In this document: positions 46,637-63,786 of the stretch, piece by piece | Numbering within the stretch: the stretch's first letter is position 1 | How the letters are laid out: the number at the start of each line of letters is the position of its first letter | Assembly (NCBI RefSeq): GCF_009914755.1 | Contig: NC_060930.1 | Direction: 5' to 3' (one strand) | DNA length: 64,000 nucleotides | Source: the human T2T-CHM13v2.0 reference genome, Homo sapiens | Translations under genes and position numbers: made by a program | Notes under the pieces: model-generated | Database searches by the model: none | Told to the model about the DNA's origin: nothing | Seen by the model: only the letters and a program-made list of their open reading frames with translations

Positions 46637-47569
46637 GAGCATCTTCTCACACTGCTCCTGAAGCACAGGCACTCCTTATTTCTCAACCCGCAGCACCCTC
46701 CCTCTGGCCTCCTTACTTCCAGTCCCGTGCCCCACGCTGCCACCAGGGGAGCTTTCTAGAGCAGAACTCTGAGCCTGGGAGTCTGCCTTTAGCTTCTGTC
46801 ATCTATACACATAATCTAAACTGCTTCATGACCAAGCCCAGTGGTTCCCAATTGGGAGAGTAGTATTGCCCTCCAAAGGGGCCCTTTGAAAGTGTTATGA
46901 ACATTGGGGGTATCATGATGGGGAAGGTGGGGTGGGTGGGCTACAGATACTGAGTGCTCAGGCCTAGTGATGTTTGCTTCCTGTAGTGTGCTGGACTGGG
47001 CTGTCCAGTGCATTACAGGAAGAGAATTGTCCAGATGCCAGTAGTGCCCTCATTAAGAATTGGCGATGTAGGTTTTAGCTTCTGCCTAGAGGATGAGGAG
47101 AGAAATGCTGAGCACTGGTCCTGGAGAGTACTTATTTTGGGGATTGGGAGGCAAAAGAACTGCATGGTATAAAATCCTACGGAAATGCAAGCAAGAATGT
47201 AAGGGAGTGATGAATTGTATTGAAAATTGTAGAAATGCCAAGACACAAGTGGGGAAGGCTGTTAGTTGTGTGACTCCCTGAAGCACCCTTGTCATCCCAG
47301 CCTGTAAGCCACACTAACCTCCCCCCCACCGCCCCCCACCGCTCATACAACCGGCAGCCACTCTTTTGGGCCTGTGGCAACAGGTTTCCTTCCTTGGTCC
47401 TGCACTATGAGACTCTCAGTCTCCCAGTTTGGCCCCACATTTGGTCAGTTTTGCCATCTCTACATTAGCCCCTTCCACCTCTGGCCACCTTATTACACAG
47501 CTTCTTTTGTAAATAAAAATATCCCAAGCTGTGTCACAGTCAGCTAACGACAAGAACAGCAGCAACAAC

Positions 47570-47760
47570 ATTAATGATCCTTTATGTGCCAGGTACTGTG
47601 CTAAACTCTTTATAAGCATTTCTTATTTAATCTTCAAAAAATCTCTATAAGGTAGCTACTACAATTATGCCCATTTATGGTTGAGGAAATGGAAGATTAA
47701 ACAGATGAAATAACCAGTTCACTTTTACACGGCTAGTATCCCATGGAACCAGGACTTATA
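47570..47760 (-). mobile_element. MIR
   Basis: TATGTGCCAGGTACTGTGCTAA..TTATTTAATCTTCA..CCCATTT..TGAGGAAA. Confidence 0.7.
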
Positions 47761-47794
47761 CATACATGTCCTTTTATTTCTCATTTTAAAAAAA

Positions 47795-48130
47795 CAGATT
47801 TTATTTTTTAGAGCAGATTTAAGTTCACAGAAAAACTGGAGGTATAGAGTGTTCCCATATACCTCCTGCCCTCCTCCAGCCTCCCCCACTGTGAATACAG
47901 AATGGTACATATGTTACAATTGATGAACCTACATTTACACATCATTGTCATTTAATTTCATAGTTGACATTAGGGTTCCCTTTTGGTATTGTACATCCTG
48001 TGGATTTTGACAAATGTATAATGACGTGTATCTGCCATTATAGTATCACGGGAATAGATTCACTTCCCTAAAAATCCTCTGTGCTTCACCTGCTCATCCC
48101 CCACCCCCTGTGGCAACCACTTTTTTTTTT
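47795..48130 (-). mobile_element. L1MC-type 3' fragment
   Basis: TTTTTAGAGCAG..TTCACAGAAAAA..TTACAATTGATGAACCTACATT..TTTGACAAATGTATAATGAC. Confidence 0.75.
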
Positions 48131-48752
48131 TTTTTTTACTGACTCTATCATGTCTTTTTGACATTTTAGAAATAAATTCTAAGCTCAGATGTTCAGTTAT
48201 CATTGAATAGCTGTAAGGAATCAGTGGAGTTCCCATATCCATGAATCATGTTTATTTCTTAAGAATTGGGTTAGCGGATTCTACTTTCTGTCACCATGTT
48301 TTCTGTCCTTTCTGGGAACCGGCTTGGCTGTTTGCACAGTGTGTGTGGGACATGTACTTAAGATAGAGTACAACTATGTTGTTCCCACTTCCTGTCCTGG
48401 TAGCTTTGGAAGAATTCTGGTTTTTTCCTTCACAGCCTGGCTTTGTAATTTTGTGTAGACCAACAATTAGTTTGATTCAATATCCCTGCCATTGGGTGTC
48501 AGACCACCTTAGACGAGAAATCGGTATGAGACCGTCTATGTTCCAGCGGCTTTCTGGTATTCAGGACAACCTAAAGCTCAGGATGAAGGGCGTTGAAGGT
48601 CCTTTTTAGAGATTCCACCAGACTGGTTGGTTAAGTAGCTTCATCATATTATTCCCTGGTTCACTGGAGTGATTCATCTTTAAAGGAACCCTGGAACTGC
48701 CTTTCATTATATTCATGTCTTAGAAAAACCTTATACCATACTGTTGCAAGTA

Positions 48753-48785
48753 CAGGTTGAGTACCCCTAATCCAAAAATCTGAAA
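48753..48785 (+). mobile_element. Tigger4 (Zombi/MER46) terminal fragment
   Basis: TA-CAGGTTGAGTACCCCTAATCCAAAAATCTGAAA resembles the recalled Tigger4 end. Confidence 0.6.
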
Positions 48786-48812
48786 CCTGTTCTCTCTTTA
48801 TTCCTCCCCCAG

Positions 48813-49853
48813 AAGCCCCATGTGCCACTCCCCTGATCTGCAGCTTCGGTAGGCCGGTGGACCTGGAGAAGGACGACTACCAGAAGGTGGTGTGCAACAA
48901 CGAGCACTGCCCCTGCAGCACCTGGATGCACCTGCAGTGCTTCTACGAGTGGGAGAGCAGCATCCTCGTCCAGTTCAACTGCATCGGCCGCGCGCGCAGC
49001 TGGAACGAGAAGCAATGCCGCCAGAACATGTGGACAAAGAAGGGCTACGACCTGGCCTTCCGCTTCTGCTCTTGCCGCTGTGGCCAGGGCCACTTGAAGA
49101 AGGACACAGACTGGTATCAGGTGAAGCGGATGCAGGACGAGAAAAAGAAGAAGTCTGGCTCCGAGAAGAACACAGGGAGGCCTCCTGGTGAGGCGGCGGA
49201 GGAGGCAAAAAAGTGCAGGCCCCCAAACAAGCCCCAGAAAGGCCCAAGCCACGACCTCCCCCGCCGGCATTCCATGGACCGGCAGAACTCCCAGGAGAAG
49301 GCAGTGGGTGCCGCAGCCTACGGTGCCCGTTCCCCCGGTGGCTCCCCGGGCCAGTCCCCACCCACGGGCTACTCCATCCTCTCTCCTGCCCACTTCAGCG
49401 GCCCCCGCTCCTCCAGATACCTCGGGGAGTTCTTAAAGAACGCCATCCATCTGGAGCCTCACAAGAAGGCCATGGCTGGGGGCCATGTGTTCAGAAATGC
49501 CCACTTTGATTACAGCCCTGCGGGGTTGGCAGTTCACAGGGGGGGACACTTCGACACCCCCGTGCAGTTCCTTCGGCGGCTGGACCTCTCCGAACTCCTC
49601 ACTCACATCCCCAGGCATAAGCTGAACACTTTCCACGTGCGCATGGAAGACGATGCCCAAGTGGGCCAGGGGGAAGACTTGCGGAAGTTCATTCTGGCCG
49701 CGCTCAGTGCCAGCCACAGAAACGTGGTAAACTGTGCCCTGTGCCACCGGGCGCTCCCGGTGTTCGAACAGTTCCCACTGGTGGATGGAACTTTGTTCCT
49801 AAGCCCGTCGAGACATGATGAGATCGAATATGATGTTCCTTGTCACCTTCAAG
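48813..49853 (+). CDS. HECA: HECA coding exon 2 (1041 nt): N-terminal headcase Cys/His domain, linker, start of C-terminal conserved domain
   Basis: Acceptor TTCCTCCCCCAG|AAGCC; open frame APCATPLICSFGRPVDLEKDDYQKVVCNNEHCPC...YDVPCHLQ; donor CAAG|GTATAG; recognised as headcase-family sequence. Confidence 0.97.
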
Positions 49854-52069
49854 GTATAGGTGTTAATTCACCTTGCCTGCTTTCTGTTTGTTAAAAACCA
49901 AACAACAAACAAGACAGATTGCTCTATTTTGGTGTAGTTTTCACCAGTGTTGTTTTTTTGTTCTAGTCAGGTGCTAGGTAACATTTGAATATTTCAGCTT
50001 CGCCCAGTGACGCGGTGATTTTTTACTCTGATGTCACAGTACCAAGTACAGTTGTCCTAGCGGATAATTTTGTGTGTTCTGTAATTTGAAGAGAGGATTG
50101 CCGGTGTATGGTTTTGCATAATGGGGAAGGAAATTAGTGGAGTTGTTGCATATTTGTCACTTACTGTAAACCTGTTTAATGGGCCCATCTAGCTGTGTAT
50201 CCTCTTAGATCCTTATAAACATAACAGTGAGGAAAAGCAGTGGTCAGAAAAGGGCCAAGGTATTTTTAGATTAGTTGAATTAATTTTGAAGTTTATGAAA
50301 GATGAGAGTGTGTTGATAGCAGCAAAAGGTAAACAGGATTATTGAAAGCTCAGACATTAGCCCGGTGGTGGTGGTGGAAGGAGGGGCGATGGGGAAGCTT
50401 ATTATTCCTGTGGATGGCATATAAGGATTTGGTACATTTCAGCCATAAATTGAATGACACGAGGTTGGTTAGTATAAGAAATCTGTCAGTTCATGTACAA
50501 CTACTGAACTTCCATAAAGATGAGACACATCACATATAACATGTTTACACTTTAAATGTGTGCTAAAAAGCTTGTTGTGAAAATGATATATCCCCACCTG
50601 TCTCCTTCCCACCAACCCTGCTGTGTCAGTACCCAGACAAACATTTTCAAATCTTAGCTGATGCTTCAAGTTTTTGACATCGTGATTGTAAATACTGCTG
50701 TCTTCATTCTCCAGCTTTACATATTATCTGTTTATTGACTGGCTTTGAAGGTGGATGACTGTGCATCCCCCTCCTCCTTCCTCTCAGGATAAGATACCAC
50801 AATTATTAGTTAAATCCTTAATGTTTACTAATGTGAATATATATATTTAATATTGAGCCAAGAAGTATAGGGTTTTATCTTATTATATAGTACCATATAG
50901 TCTAGGACTCCTTTTGTTTTTATTAGGGTTAATTGATTATTTTGATTTGCATAGTTTTTTTTTTTTTTTTTAACTTTGGCTAGTTCTCACTCTCCAGCAG
51001 CTTTACAAACCATCTTTCAAAGACATTTCCACATACCTGTCAGATTTTTTTTGGAAAAAAAATTTTTGCCCCTGAAAATGCCCCTCGTGGAGACTCTTAC
51101 CCTCCTGCTTCTACCTGTCCTGGTGCACTCAGGACCTGGTGTACCACATAGCTGTCCTTCTAGGAATGCCTTCATTTCTGTCCTATTTTTAAAAATCTTG
51201 TTTCCTAGATCTCAATATTTTATTTTTTTCTCGGTTTATTCTCTCAGCTTTTAGGAAACATCCCCCAGGAGCTTTTTGAGAAAGGGAGCATGGGAATAGA
51301 TGATTTGAGACTTTCAACGTCTGAGAATATCCTGATTTAATCTTCACTCTTCTTTGCTATTTAGCTGGCTGTAGTCTTCTAAGTTATACATATTTTCCCC
51401 TTGGAATTTTGAAGACATTTCTTTACTGTCTCCCATCTTACAATGTCACTATTTTGAGAGGTCTGATGTTACTCTTATTCCTGTCTTTGCCTCCATCTCC
51501 ACCCCTCCATGAAGGTTTTAAGATTTTCTTCATATATCCCTAATGTTCTGAAATTTCACCATATGTGGGTCTTTTACACAGTTTCCTCTATTTGTCGTGC
51601 TTTCTGTACTCTCTTGGCCCTTTGGCTCTATAAACTTACCATCTTCCATTTGGAGAAATTTGTTTTTGTATTATTTCTTTGACAATTTCCGCTACCCTAT
51701 TTTCACTTTTAAAAAATTCTGTGAAACTCTCATTAATCAGATATTAGACCCCTTAGATTATTTTTTTTGTTGGAGTGGAGAACTCCTTTATTTTATATAT
51801 AATAAAGGATATATAATAAATATATACATGGCCCTATTCATCTCTTTATTCTGCTTTATGGAAAATTTCCTTGACTTTTTATTTTGGTGTTTTTACGGAG
51901 TTACAAATTTTCTGTTCTTACATTTTTAATTTCCAGGAGCTCTTTTTAATAGCATTCTCTTCTTGTTTCATGTATGTAATTTCTTGTGCTACCTTTGTGA
52001 GCAAGGAAAGGGAGCTGAAATTGCAGAGAGTAGTCTCTTTCATTTTGAGAATTGTACCTAACTCCCTTT

Positions 52070-52460
52070 ATCTTGTAGCATTTGTTATAAAGCAGAGCAT
52101 TCCAAAACTTAGTGGTTTAAAAGGATAATTTAATGACTTCTCACAATTCTGTGGGTGGATTGTTAGGTTGGCTTAGGGGGCCTCAGCCGGAATGGCTTGT
52201 CTGTGTTCCATGTAGTCTTTCATCTTCCAGTAGGCTAGCTTGGACTTTTTCACATGTTGCTCTCAGGATGGCATTCAAGAGATGTAAGTGGAAGCTGCAG
52301 AGTCTGTCTCTAGAGGCTTAAGCTTGGAACTGAGTAACATCACTCCTGTCACATTTTGTTCATCAGTATAAGTCCTAAGTCTAGCCCAGGTTCAGATGAT
52401 GCTGAAATACTCTGCTTTTTGATGGAAAGTGCTGCATAGAATTTATGGTTGTTTGTAACT
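52070..52460 (-). mobile_element. MLT1-type LTR, within old L1M fragments (~50700-52050)
   Basis: CCAAAACTTAGTGGTTTAAAA..TTCTCACAATTCTGTGGGT..CTTTTTGATGGAA. Confidence 0.6.
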
Positions 52461-54142
52461 TATTGCTCCCTGCGAGCTCCCTACGAACTCCCCGGTGCTT
52501 GTCCAGTTTCTGAGCTTAACCATTTACTATCCCTCAGTCTACTTTCTGACTTCATATAGTTTAATTCAGGGTTGAAATAACCTCATTGTTTCATGGAAGA
52601 TGGAGTTTGTGTTTTTGTTTTTTTATCCTGTTTGGGGGTAATTTTAGAGGGAAGTGGATGGAAACACCTTTATTTCTCCATTGTAAAACTTGAAACATTT
52701 TTTATGAAGATGAATATGGGTACAGCAGATATGAGAATAGTAGTGTTCTTTTTCTATCCATGATGGACAGATTATTGTCATGTAATCCATTCATCAGTTC
52801 ATCAAACTTACGGATATCACACATGCTGGGTACTATCAGTTCTTGCTTGTCATCAATTTATAATCTTAGGATAAGATGCTTTTATAAAATGTAACTAACT
52901 TACCAGGCTTAAAGTTCTAGTATCATACCTGGATATGATGTACATTAAGTATCCTATAATTTCCAGAGGAAGGGACCACTTTGGCTTGGTTCGTAAAAAG
53001 AGGCAGCATGAATGCTGATGTCAAAAGGTGGACTGGATCTTGGTAAGCAGAGGGTCTACCCAGGTCAGGTGTTTGTTGATGAGGAGGGAGTACCTGCAAG
53101 CAAAGGAAGGGTGGTTAAAAAGAAGAAGGGCAGGTTGCGATGAGGAGATAGGGAGAGAACTGTTTGGTTGGAGCCAAGGGTGTTCTAGAGTGGGAAAGGA
53201 GTAGGATAGGGAGAGAAGGGAGAGAACAGATTGCAGAAGTACTTTCAAGCCATAATAAAGAACTTTGCTATATATTCTTTATGAATGTGAATGGAAAGAT
53301 TTTCAGTGTTTTTTTAAAGCAGGCAGTCACATGGAGGAAAGGTGCGGGAAAGGGGTTTGAAAGGGGTGGGATCTAGAGACAGAGTTGAGGCTTTGTAGTC
53401 TAGATGTAAGGAGATAAAAGGTGTGGACAGAATGGAAGGGAGGGGATATTGTCAAGAGGTTATTTTAAAGAAAAATTACAGCTTGTGAATTTAGAAACAA
53501 AATTCACTTTGTTTCTAGACCAGATAAATGGTGCAAGAGTAGAGAAAGGAGATGGGTAGATAAAGGTGGGGAAAGGGCCTGGTTTTGCGGGCAGAAGATG
53601 AGGTTTCTGTGTGTTGGGTTTGAAGGGATGTTGGGACTTTTGTGTGGAGATGTCTAGCAAACATGGTTAAAAATAAGCATTTGGGTTGAACACTGGGAGT
53701 TTATAACAGTGGTGGTTAAAATCCTAAGGGTGGAAGAGCTCTTGGATAGGAAGAAAAGAGAAAAAAAAGGAAGGAGGATATGATAAACCCACAACCAAAT
53801 CTTGAGAGTACCTTTCAGGGAGCAGATGAAGAAAGAGGTGAAAATTAGGCCTGAGTACTTGTGTGTGCGTATATATACACATCAAAACATAGACATACAT
53901 AAATAGATAATGCGCACATTAGATGTGCCCACAAAGATACTGAGAAGTTGAACGTTTGATGTAAAACCTGAAGATCAGGGTGTTTAATTATTACCAGAGA
54001 AGTTATCATTGCCACAAGTGAGGCCTTGACCACATATCAGCATTTTTATTGCCACATCTTTGAGAAATCCATGCCGTCTTATTTGTAGTAAGAAAATGTA
54101 AATCATGTCTTCAATCACCAATTACTGACCACACATTCTTCT

Positions 54143-54792
<650 letters not shown>

Positions 54793-55239
54793 TGATCATG
54801 TGTTTTTTAAAGCATTTTCAACTCCAATAGAAGGGCCACACTGCAGGCCACAGGATTGCACAGCATGCGGGGCTGACATGCTGCTGCAGTACTTGCTGTG
54901 TTCAGTGGCCCTTTCTGGATTACTACTCCCTCGCCCTGCCCTTTACCACTCACTGCCCTCCCCGGACCCTGTCTCTGGACTTCGTTTGCTCTCTTTCCCT
55001 CTGAAAATAGGTTTTGTTTAGCATTAATTTATTAAGATTGATCTAATTAAGAAGTTCTTATTGGGCTTCTTTACCACTTTGAACCACATGTGATTGTTCT
55101 CTGAAGAATCGGCTTTTTGTTTAAATTCACAAAGGGTTTAGAAATTCAAAATTCTCTGTGGTCAGGACAATGTGTAGCAGAACTGAAACAAATCTAGACT
55201 CAGTCCAGACCAGGTGTTCCAGTGAGTTTGCCTGTAGGT

Positions 55240-55450
55240 TACGGATCCGAGAGACATGAATCAGTCTGGACTTGCTACTTAAATCTTAAGAACTTGGGCA
55301 AGCTGCTCAGCTCTGTAAGCCTCACTTCCTACTCTCAGAAGTGGGAGCAACAGTAATGTCTATTCTGTAATGCTGCTGTTAGGGTTAAATGAAATGATTC
55401 ACATGGAGCTGGTAGCATAGTGCCATACCCTCGGTTAACTCTTAGTAAAA
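55240..55450 (+). mobile_element. MIR
   Basis: ACTTGGGCAAG..CTCTGTAAGCCTCA..AGGGTTAAATGAAATGA. Confidence 0.6.
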
Positions 55451-56913
55451 GTTACTCTGTCTTCATCATTATGGTCATCGTTAGCAACACCTGACTTCTG
55501 TGTCTAAGGCTGCCCTTACCCTTCTCAGCTGTGGCCTCTGTACCTGGGAATGTTTGGGAATTGCATTGAGTATGCAGGACAGAGAGTGCAAATGAAATTT
55601 TTTCCAGTGGCTCCTGGATCCTTGAACGGACTTCCTAACATGCCCCGAGGCCAGAGTAGATGTGGCATGTGAGACCCTTTTATTTTCAATGCCGTAGAGC
55701 AGAGGTGGGGAGTATTTCAAGAAGTTCTTGTCATCCTTCCCCCTTTTGGCATAAAGGCCCCCAAGGTTATCTGTCTTTGGCTGTTAACATGCCCCATCCA
55801 TTTACCCAACATACACTTATAAAGTGCTTTCCACATCCCAGACACTGTGCTAGTCACTGAGTCTACAAGGATGACTAAGACATGGTTCTTGCCCTCAAGG
55901 AGGAAGGGGGTCATGCAAGTAAATGCAAACGAAGGGCTCCCCCTAAGTACTGTAGATGGAACATACATACCTTTCCATCGGGTAAGGAGCAGGTTGATCC
56001 TTACTACTGAGTGCTGAAGACCCATAGTCTGACTGATGGCAGTGAGCAGCACATTCTGAATATGAGGCCACTTAGGATTATGTGTTCTCCTGATGGTAGT
56101 TTTTAACATGGGGAAGCACCCTGGGTTCCACACAGAGCAGAAATGTTGCTGTTATACGTTGCCTGGGCAGATTCTGGGCATTCTGACTCTTCCCTAATTA
56201 TTTAAACTGTGATGCTTCCATATACACTAGGATGACATCTTTCCTTTATTAACATTAAGATGTTATCAAATAATGGAGGGGGATCATGTTGTAACTTTTA
56301 AGAGCTCGGTGAATAATAAGACATTGAACTTCTTTTAAAAAATTACGAGTAAGATATAATTCTGGTTCCTAAATTAGATGTGGTGATGGCTGAGCATTTT
56401 GAGGACAAGGATAGTTAACAGTAATTTTGGTTGTGGTGTAATTCTGGGCTATCAGTCCCCAAGACAGACTTTTGATTTTTATGATGGGACTTGTCACAAG
56501 AGAGCTTGTGACAAGATCAGTGGTGTTGGTTAAGTCTCTATATGCTAAACATAAACTTTTGAGCAGGAAGTCCTGCGTGAATACAGTACAGGCTGGTTTT
56601 GAGTGTATGTGGCTTTGTTACTTGAATTTGGATGGACCCATTATGTAAGCCCAGCAGCCCTTTTTGGAAAAGTGAATTGAAGCCAAGTTTTTAATATGCT
56701 TGAACTTAAAATACATGTTTTATTGACAACAGCTAGTAATTCATCATTATCCTGAAAGGACAGCTTGTGTACTAAATATTGATTTTTCTTTTTATATTTA
56801 TCCAAATGATAAAATCTTTGCTTATAATTGGTAGATGAAACATTTTTATCTCCTTGGAGATGAAATGTGATTTCCATGATGGCCACTCAGAGCCTTGTGT
56901 CTTCTGTGCACAG

Positions 56914-57068
56914 GGAGACTCATGCATCTGTATGCCGTGTGCGTGGACTGCCTGGAAGGGGTTCACAAGATCATCTGCATCAAGTGTAAGTCACGGTGGG
57001 ATGGCAGCTGGCACCAGCTGGGCACTATGTACACCTACGACATCCTGGCTGCCTCTCCATGTTGTCAG
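56914..57068 (+). CDS. HECA: HECA coding exon 3 (155 nt)
   Basis: Acceptor CTTCTGTGCACAG|GG; encodes GRLMHLYAVCVDCLEG...AASPCCQ; donor CAG|GTAGGT; phases 1/0 match the neighbours. Confidence 0.96.
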
Positions 57069-59469
57069 GTAGGTACTGAACACACTGAGGGAGCAGTGGG
57101 TGATATTAGGCTTCTGTCCCCAAGTGAATGTAGGGAAGATGCGTCTGGCAATAAAGAAGAAATTCAGTCCAGCAATGATGGCTGAGTTACTACTTGTAAT
57201 GTAGTCATTTAGTGGAATACTATTCAGTCATTAAAAGGAATACTGTAGAATAATATATAATTATGTGGGAAGCATTTCCAGTATATTAGGTCAAAAGAAC
57301 AGGTTATAAAATGGTATAATAATATGCTTGCATTTGTAAGTAAGTGAGCATGAAAAGGGAATTGCTAACCTGTTACCAGATGGTCTCAGTGGTGGGAGGC
57401 TGAATGGTTCCTTTAGTTTTCTTTTTCCTTGAGTATATTTTCTAAGATTCTGTATGATTAGCTTATAGTAAATTTCTAATAGAAAAAATGTTATTCAAAA
57501 GGAAGAAAGTCACTTTCTTAAATAGGATTTTCTTGTTTTCTTTCTGTGGGATAGTACAGTTATCCAGGAATTGCATGCCTTGTAAGGTGTTTGAGGTTGT
57601 AATCCTTAAAGCACTACTAAAAGGAGGCATTGTCTCATGCTATGAGGACATCTGAAATTTAGCTGTCATCAGAAAAAGAGGGAAGTATTCACATATGAAA
57701 ACACAAATAACCTATAGAATCACAGGAGACAAAATGCTTGGAAATATCTTGCTTTATTTCCAAGTGCTTGGGGAAGAAAACAGCTTGTTAGGTAATTCCT
57801 TGATACTCTCATGGGCAGGAGAGAAATTTTTCTTTGCTCTAAAGTGTTCCAGCCTGGTTTTTTAGTACAAATAGCTGATACATACTTCATTAGTTACTGC
57901 ATAGTTTTATGTCTTTAGCATTATGGCTTGATTTTTGTAAAGAGAGTATCTTTACTATTATCAGTAGTTATTCACTGTGGCATTTTATGATAGTTATTGT
58001 GCCTTGATGCCAGCTCTTGAGAGAAACCAGAGGAAGTGGCTCCCCTCTGCACACACACACCGTGGAGGATTATCTTTTAAATTGAAGAAATAAGGAAGTG
58101 AAAGAACTTTTGAGCCTGTTAACTCAGAAGATTAGCACTGGAAAGGACCTGGGATCTAGACCGACCTCCTTATTTCCTCATACAATGGAGGCCTACAAAC
58201 TTGGGATGTTTTACCCAGGTCTACATACATTGTGTCACAGCCATGACTGCACCGTGTGACTCCTGTTCTGGTGTTCTTTCTGGTACACCATTGAAAGGCA
58301 ATGAGATTATTTCCATGTCTTTAGGAGGAAAAACAGAACAGCATCCTGCCACACCCAGCCTCTTGGTATTCACCATGCACTGTATTTCTTCCTTAAAACA
58401 ATTGAAGCCCAGACCTTTCTTTTCTGGCCCCCTACTGAAATGGAAAATATGTTCGATTATTGTTAATTTAAAAAAATCAGTGAGGATACAAGTGTTAGAC
58501 GCTACTAATGAATCAAGGGAAGTCTTCAATAAGATGTAGCCAAAAATAAGCAATAATTGATTCTTAGAAAGGTATAACAGTGTGAAGACGGGTTTGCTCA
58601 GAATCACACTTTTAATGTTGTTCAGAGAGATTACGTAGTTAAAAGAGTGTTTATCTCAGGTTACAGAAAAGTAGTTCCTGCAGTGGCTGAGGATCAGCAG
58701 GCTGCTTTGGTTCACTCCAGCCTTGCTGCTTTCTAACCATGGTCTTTGGCATGGTGCTTTATCACATGTGCCTCAGTTGCATTATCTAAAAGTCAGCTAA
58801 TACTACCTACCTCCCAGGAGTATTTTGAGAACAAGTTGAGATTATACTTTTTAAGTACATTTTTAAAATGAGTCTAAATTGAGTCTGTTTTATTTATAAT
58901 TTGTGGTTATTCACTTAAGTCCTGGACCCATTGCTGAAAGGTTCCAGGACTGTGCTGTTACGGAGAGGCTAGGCATGAGTGAAGATGCAGGGTGCTGGGA
59001 ACTCCAGAAGCCTCAGACCAGCACCGCACTTCCTGGATTGCTAATTTTACTTGAGTATCTTGGGAAATTTTATTTTTACATCAAAGAAAACGCAACTTTT
59101 CTATAGAGTAGAATGAAAAATGAAATTTCAAAGAAGTTTCGTGGAGGTTTGGGTGAGGGAAGTCAGCTTCAGCCGCTGTCTTAAAATCCAGGGGGAGGGG
59201 TTTCTTATTGTTAGGGAACTTCAGTGGAGAGCATTTAGGCAGTAGTAGTTTAGAATTTTCTTCTCATAAGTAGGTGAAACAGCTAGCAGTGCTGCATATC
59301 AGGAGAGAAGTTGGGAGTCTTTCAGGTATACCCCGTTTCCATGTTTTTGGTAGTAAAAGGGATGCTTTGCAAAGCCCTTGATCAGTTTCCCAGCATTTTG
59401 GTTTGGATGACTTTGACAAGTGTTGGGAAGTGGAGGGGTGTTGTGGCTGATGGTGTCTGTTTCCCCCAG

Positions 59470-59634
59470 GCCCGCCTGAACTGTAAGCACTGTGGGAAGC
59501 CGGTGATCGACGTGAGGATCGGGATGCAGTACTTCTCCGAATATAGCAACGTCCAGCAGTGTCCACACTGTGGGAACCTGGACTACCACTTCGTGAAGCC
59601 ATTTTCCTCCTTCAAAGTTCTCGAAGCTTATTGA
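59470..59634 (+). CDS. HECA: HECA coding part of exon 4
   Basis: Acceptor GTTTCCCCCAG|GCC; ARLNCKHCGKPV...FKVLEAY then TGA 59632-59634; 271+1041+155+165=1632 nt = 543 aa + stop. Confidence 0.96.
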   Translation, partial: ARLNCKHCGKPVIDVRIGMQYFSEYSNVQQCPHCGNLDYHFVKPFSSFKVLEAY

Positions 59635-63335
<3,701 letters not shown>

Positions 63336-63786
63336 ACTCTGTCTTTAGTTTGTCACTTTATTTTTCATTGAGATTTTTGAGCAGTGGGATTGTCTGGTCA
63401 GAAAAGATGAAGAGAAAGCTTTCTGAGGTTTTGATCACTATTCAGGTAACCATTTCAAAGTCACTCCTGCAGCTAATAGAAAAAACTGCCAACTTTCTTG
63501 CTGCTTGCGTCATGTATCACATGTAAACTCACTTTGCAATAAAAGCTTTCAGTATGACAAAGTTGATTCTATACGAATAGTCCAAAATTATCGTTCCAGT
63601 TTTAGGGAATTCTATTATTTGATAGATAGTATAGTGTTAAAGATTAGATAGACCCCAAGGTCAACCACCCATAGCCACATAGCCAAAACTTAAGTCGTCC
63701 TGATTTCCCTGAAATGCTAGTTCTAATCAAAACAAAATGCAAGGCCTTGTCGGCATGATTTGGTGAAATCAAACTTACTAGCCATA

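Noticed and set aside
48767-49747. Alternative-frame and antisense ORFs over exon 2
   Set aside because: Expected shadows of a GC3-rich coding exon; the starts I checked are non-ATG.
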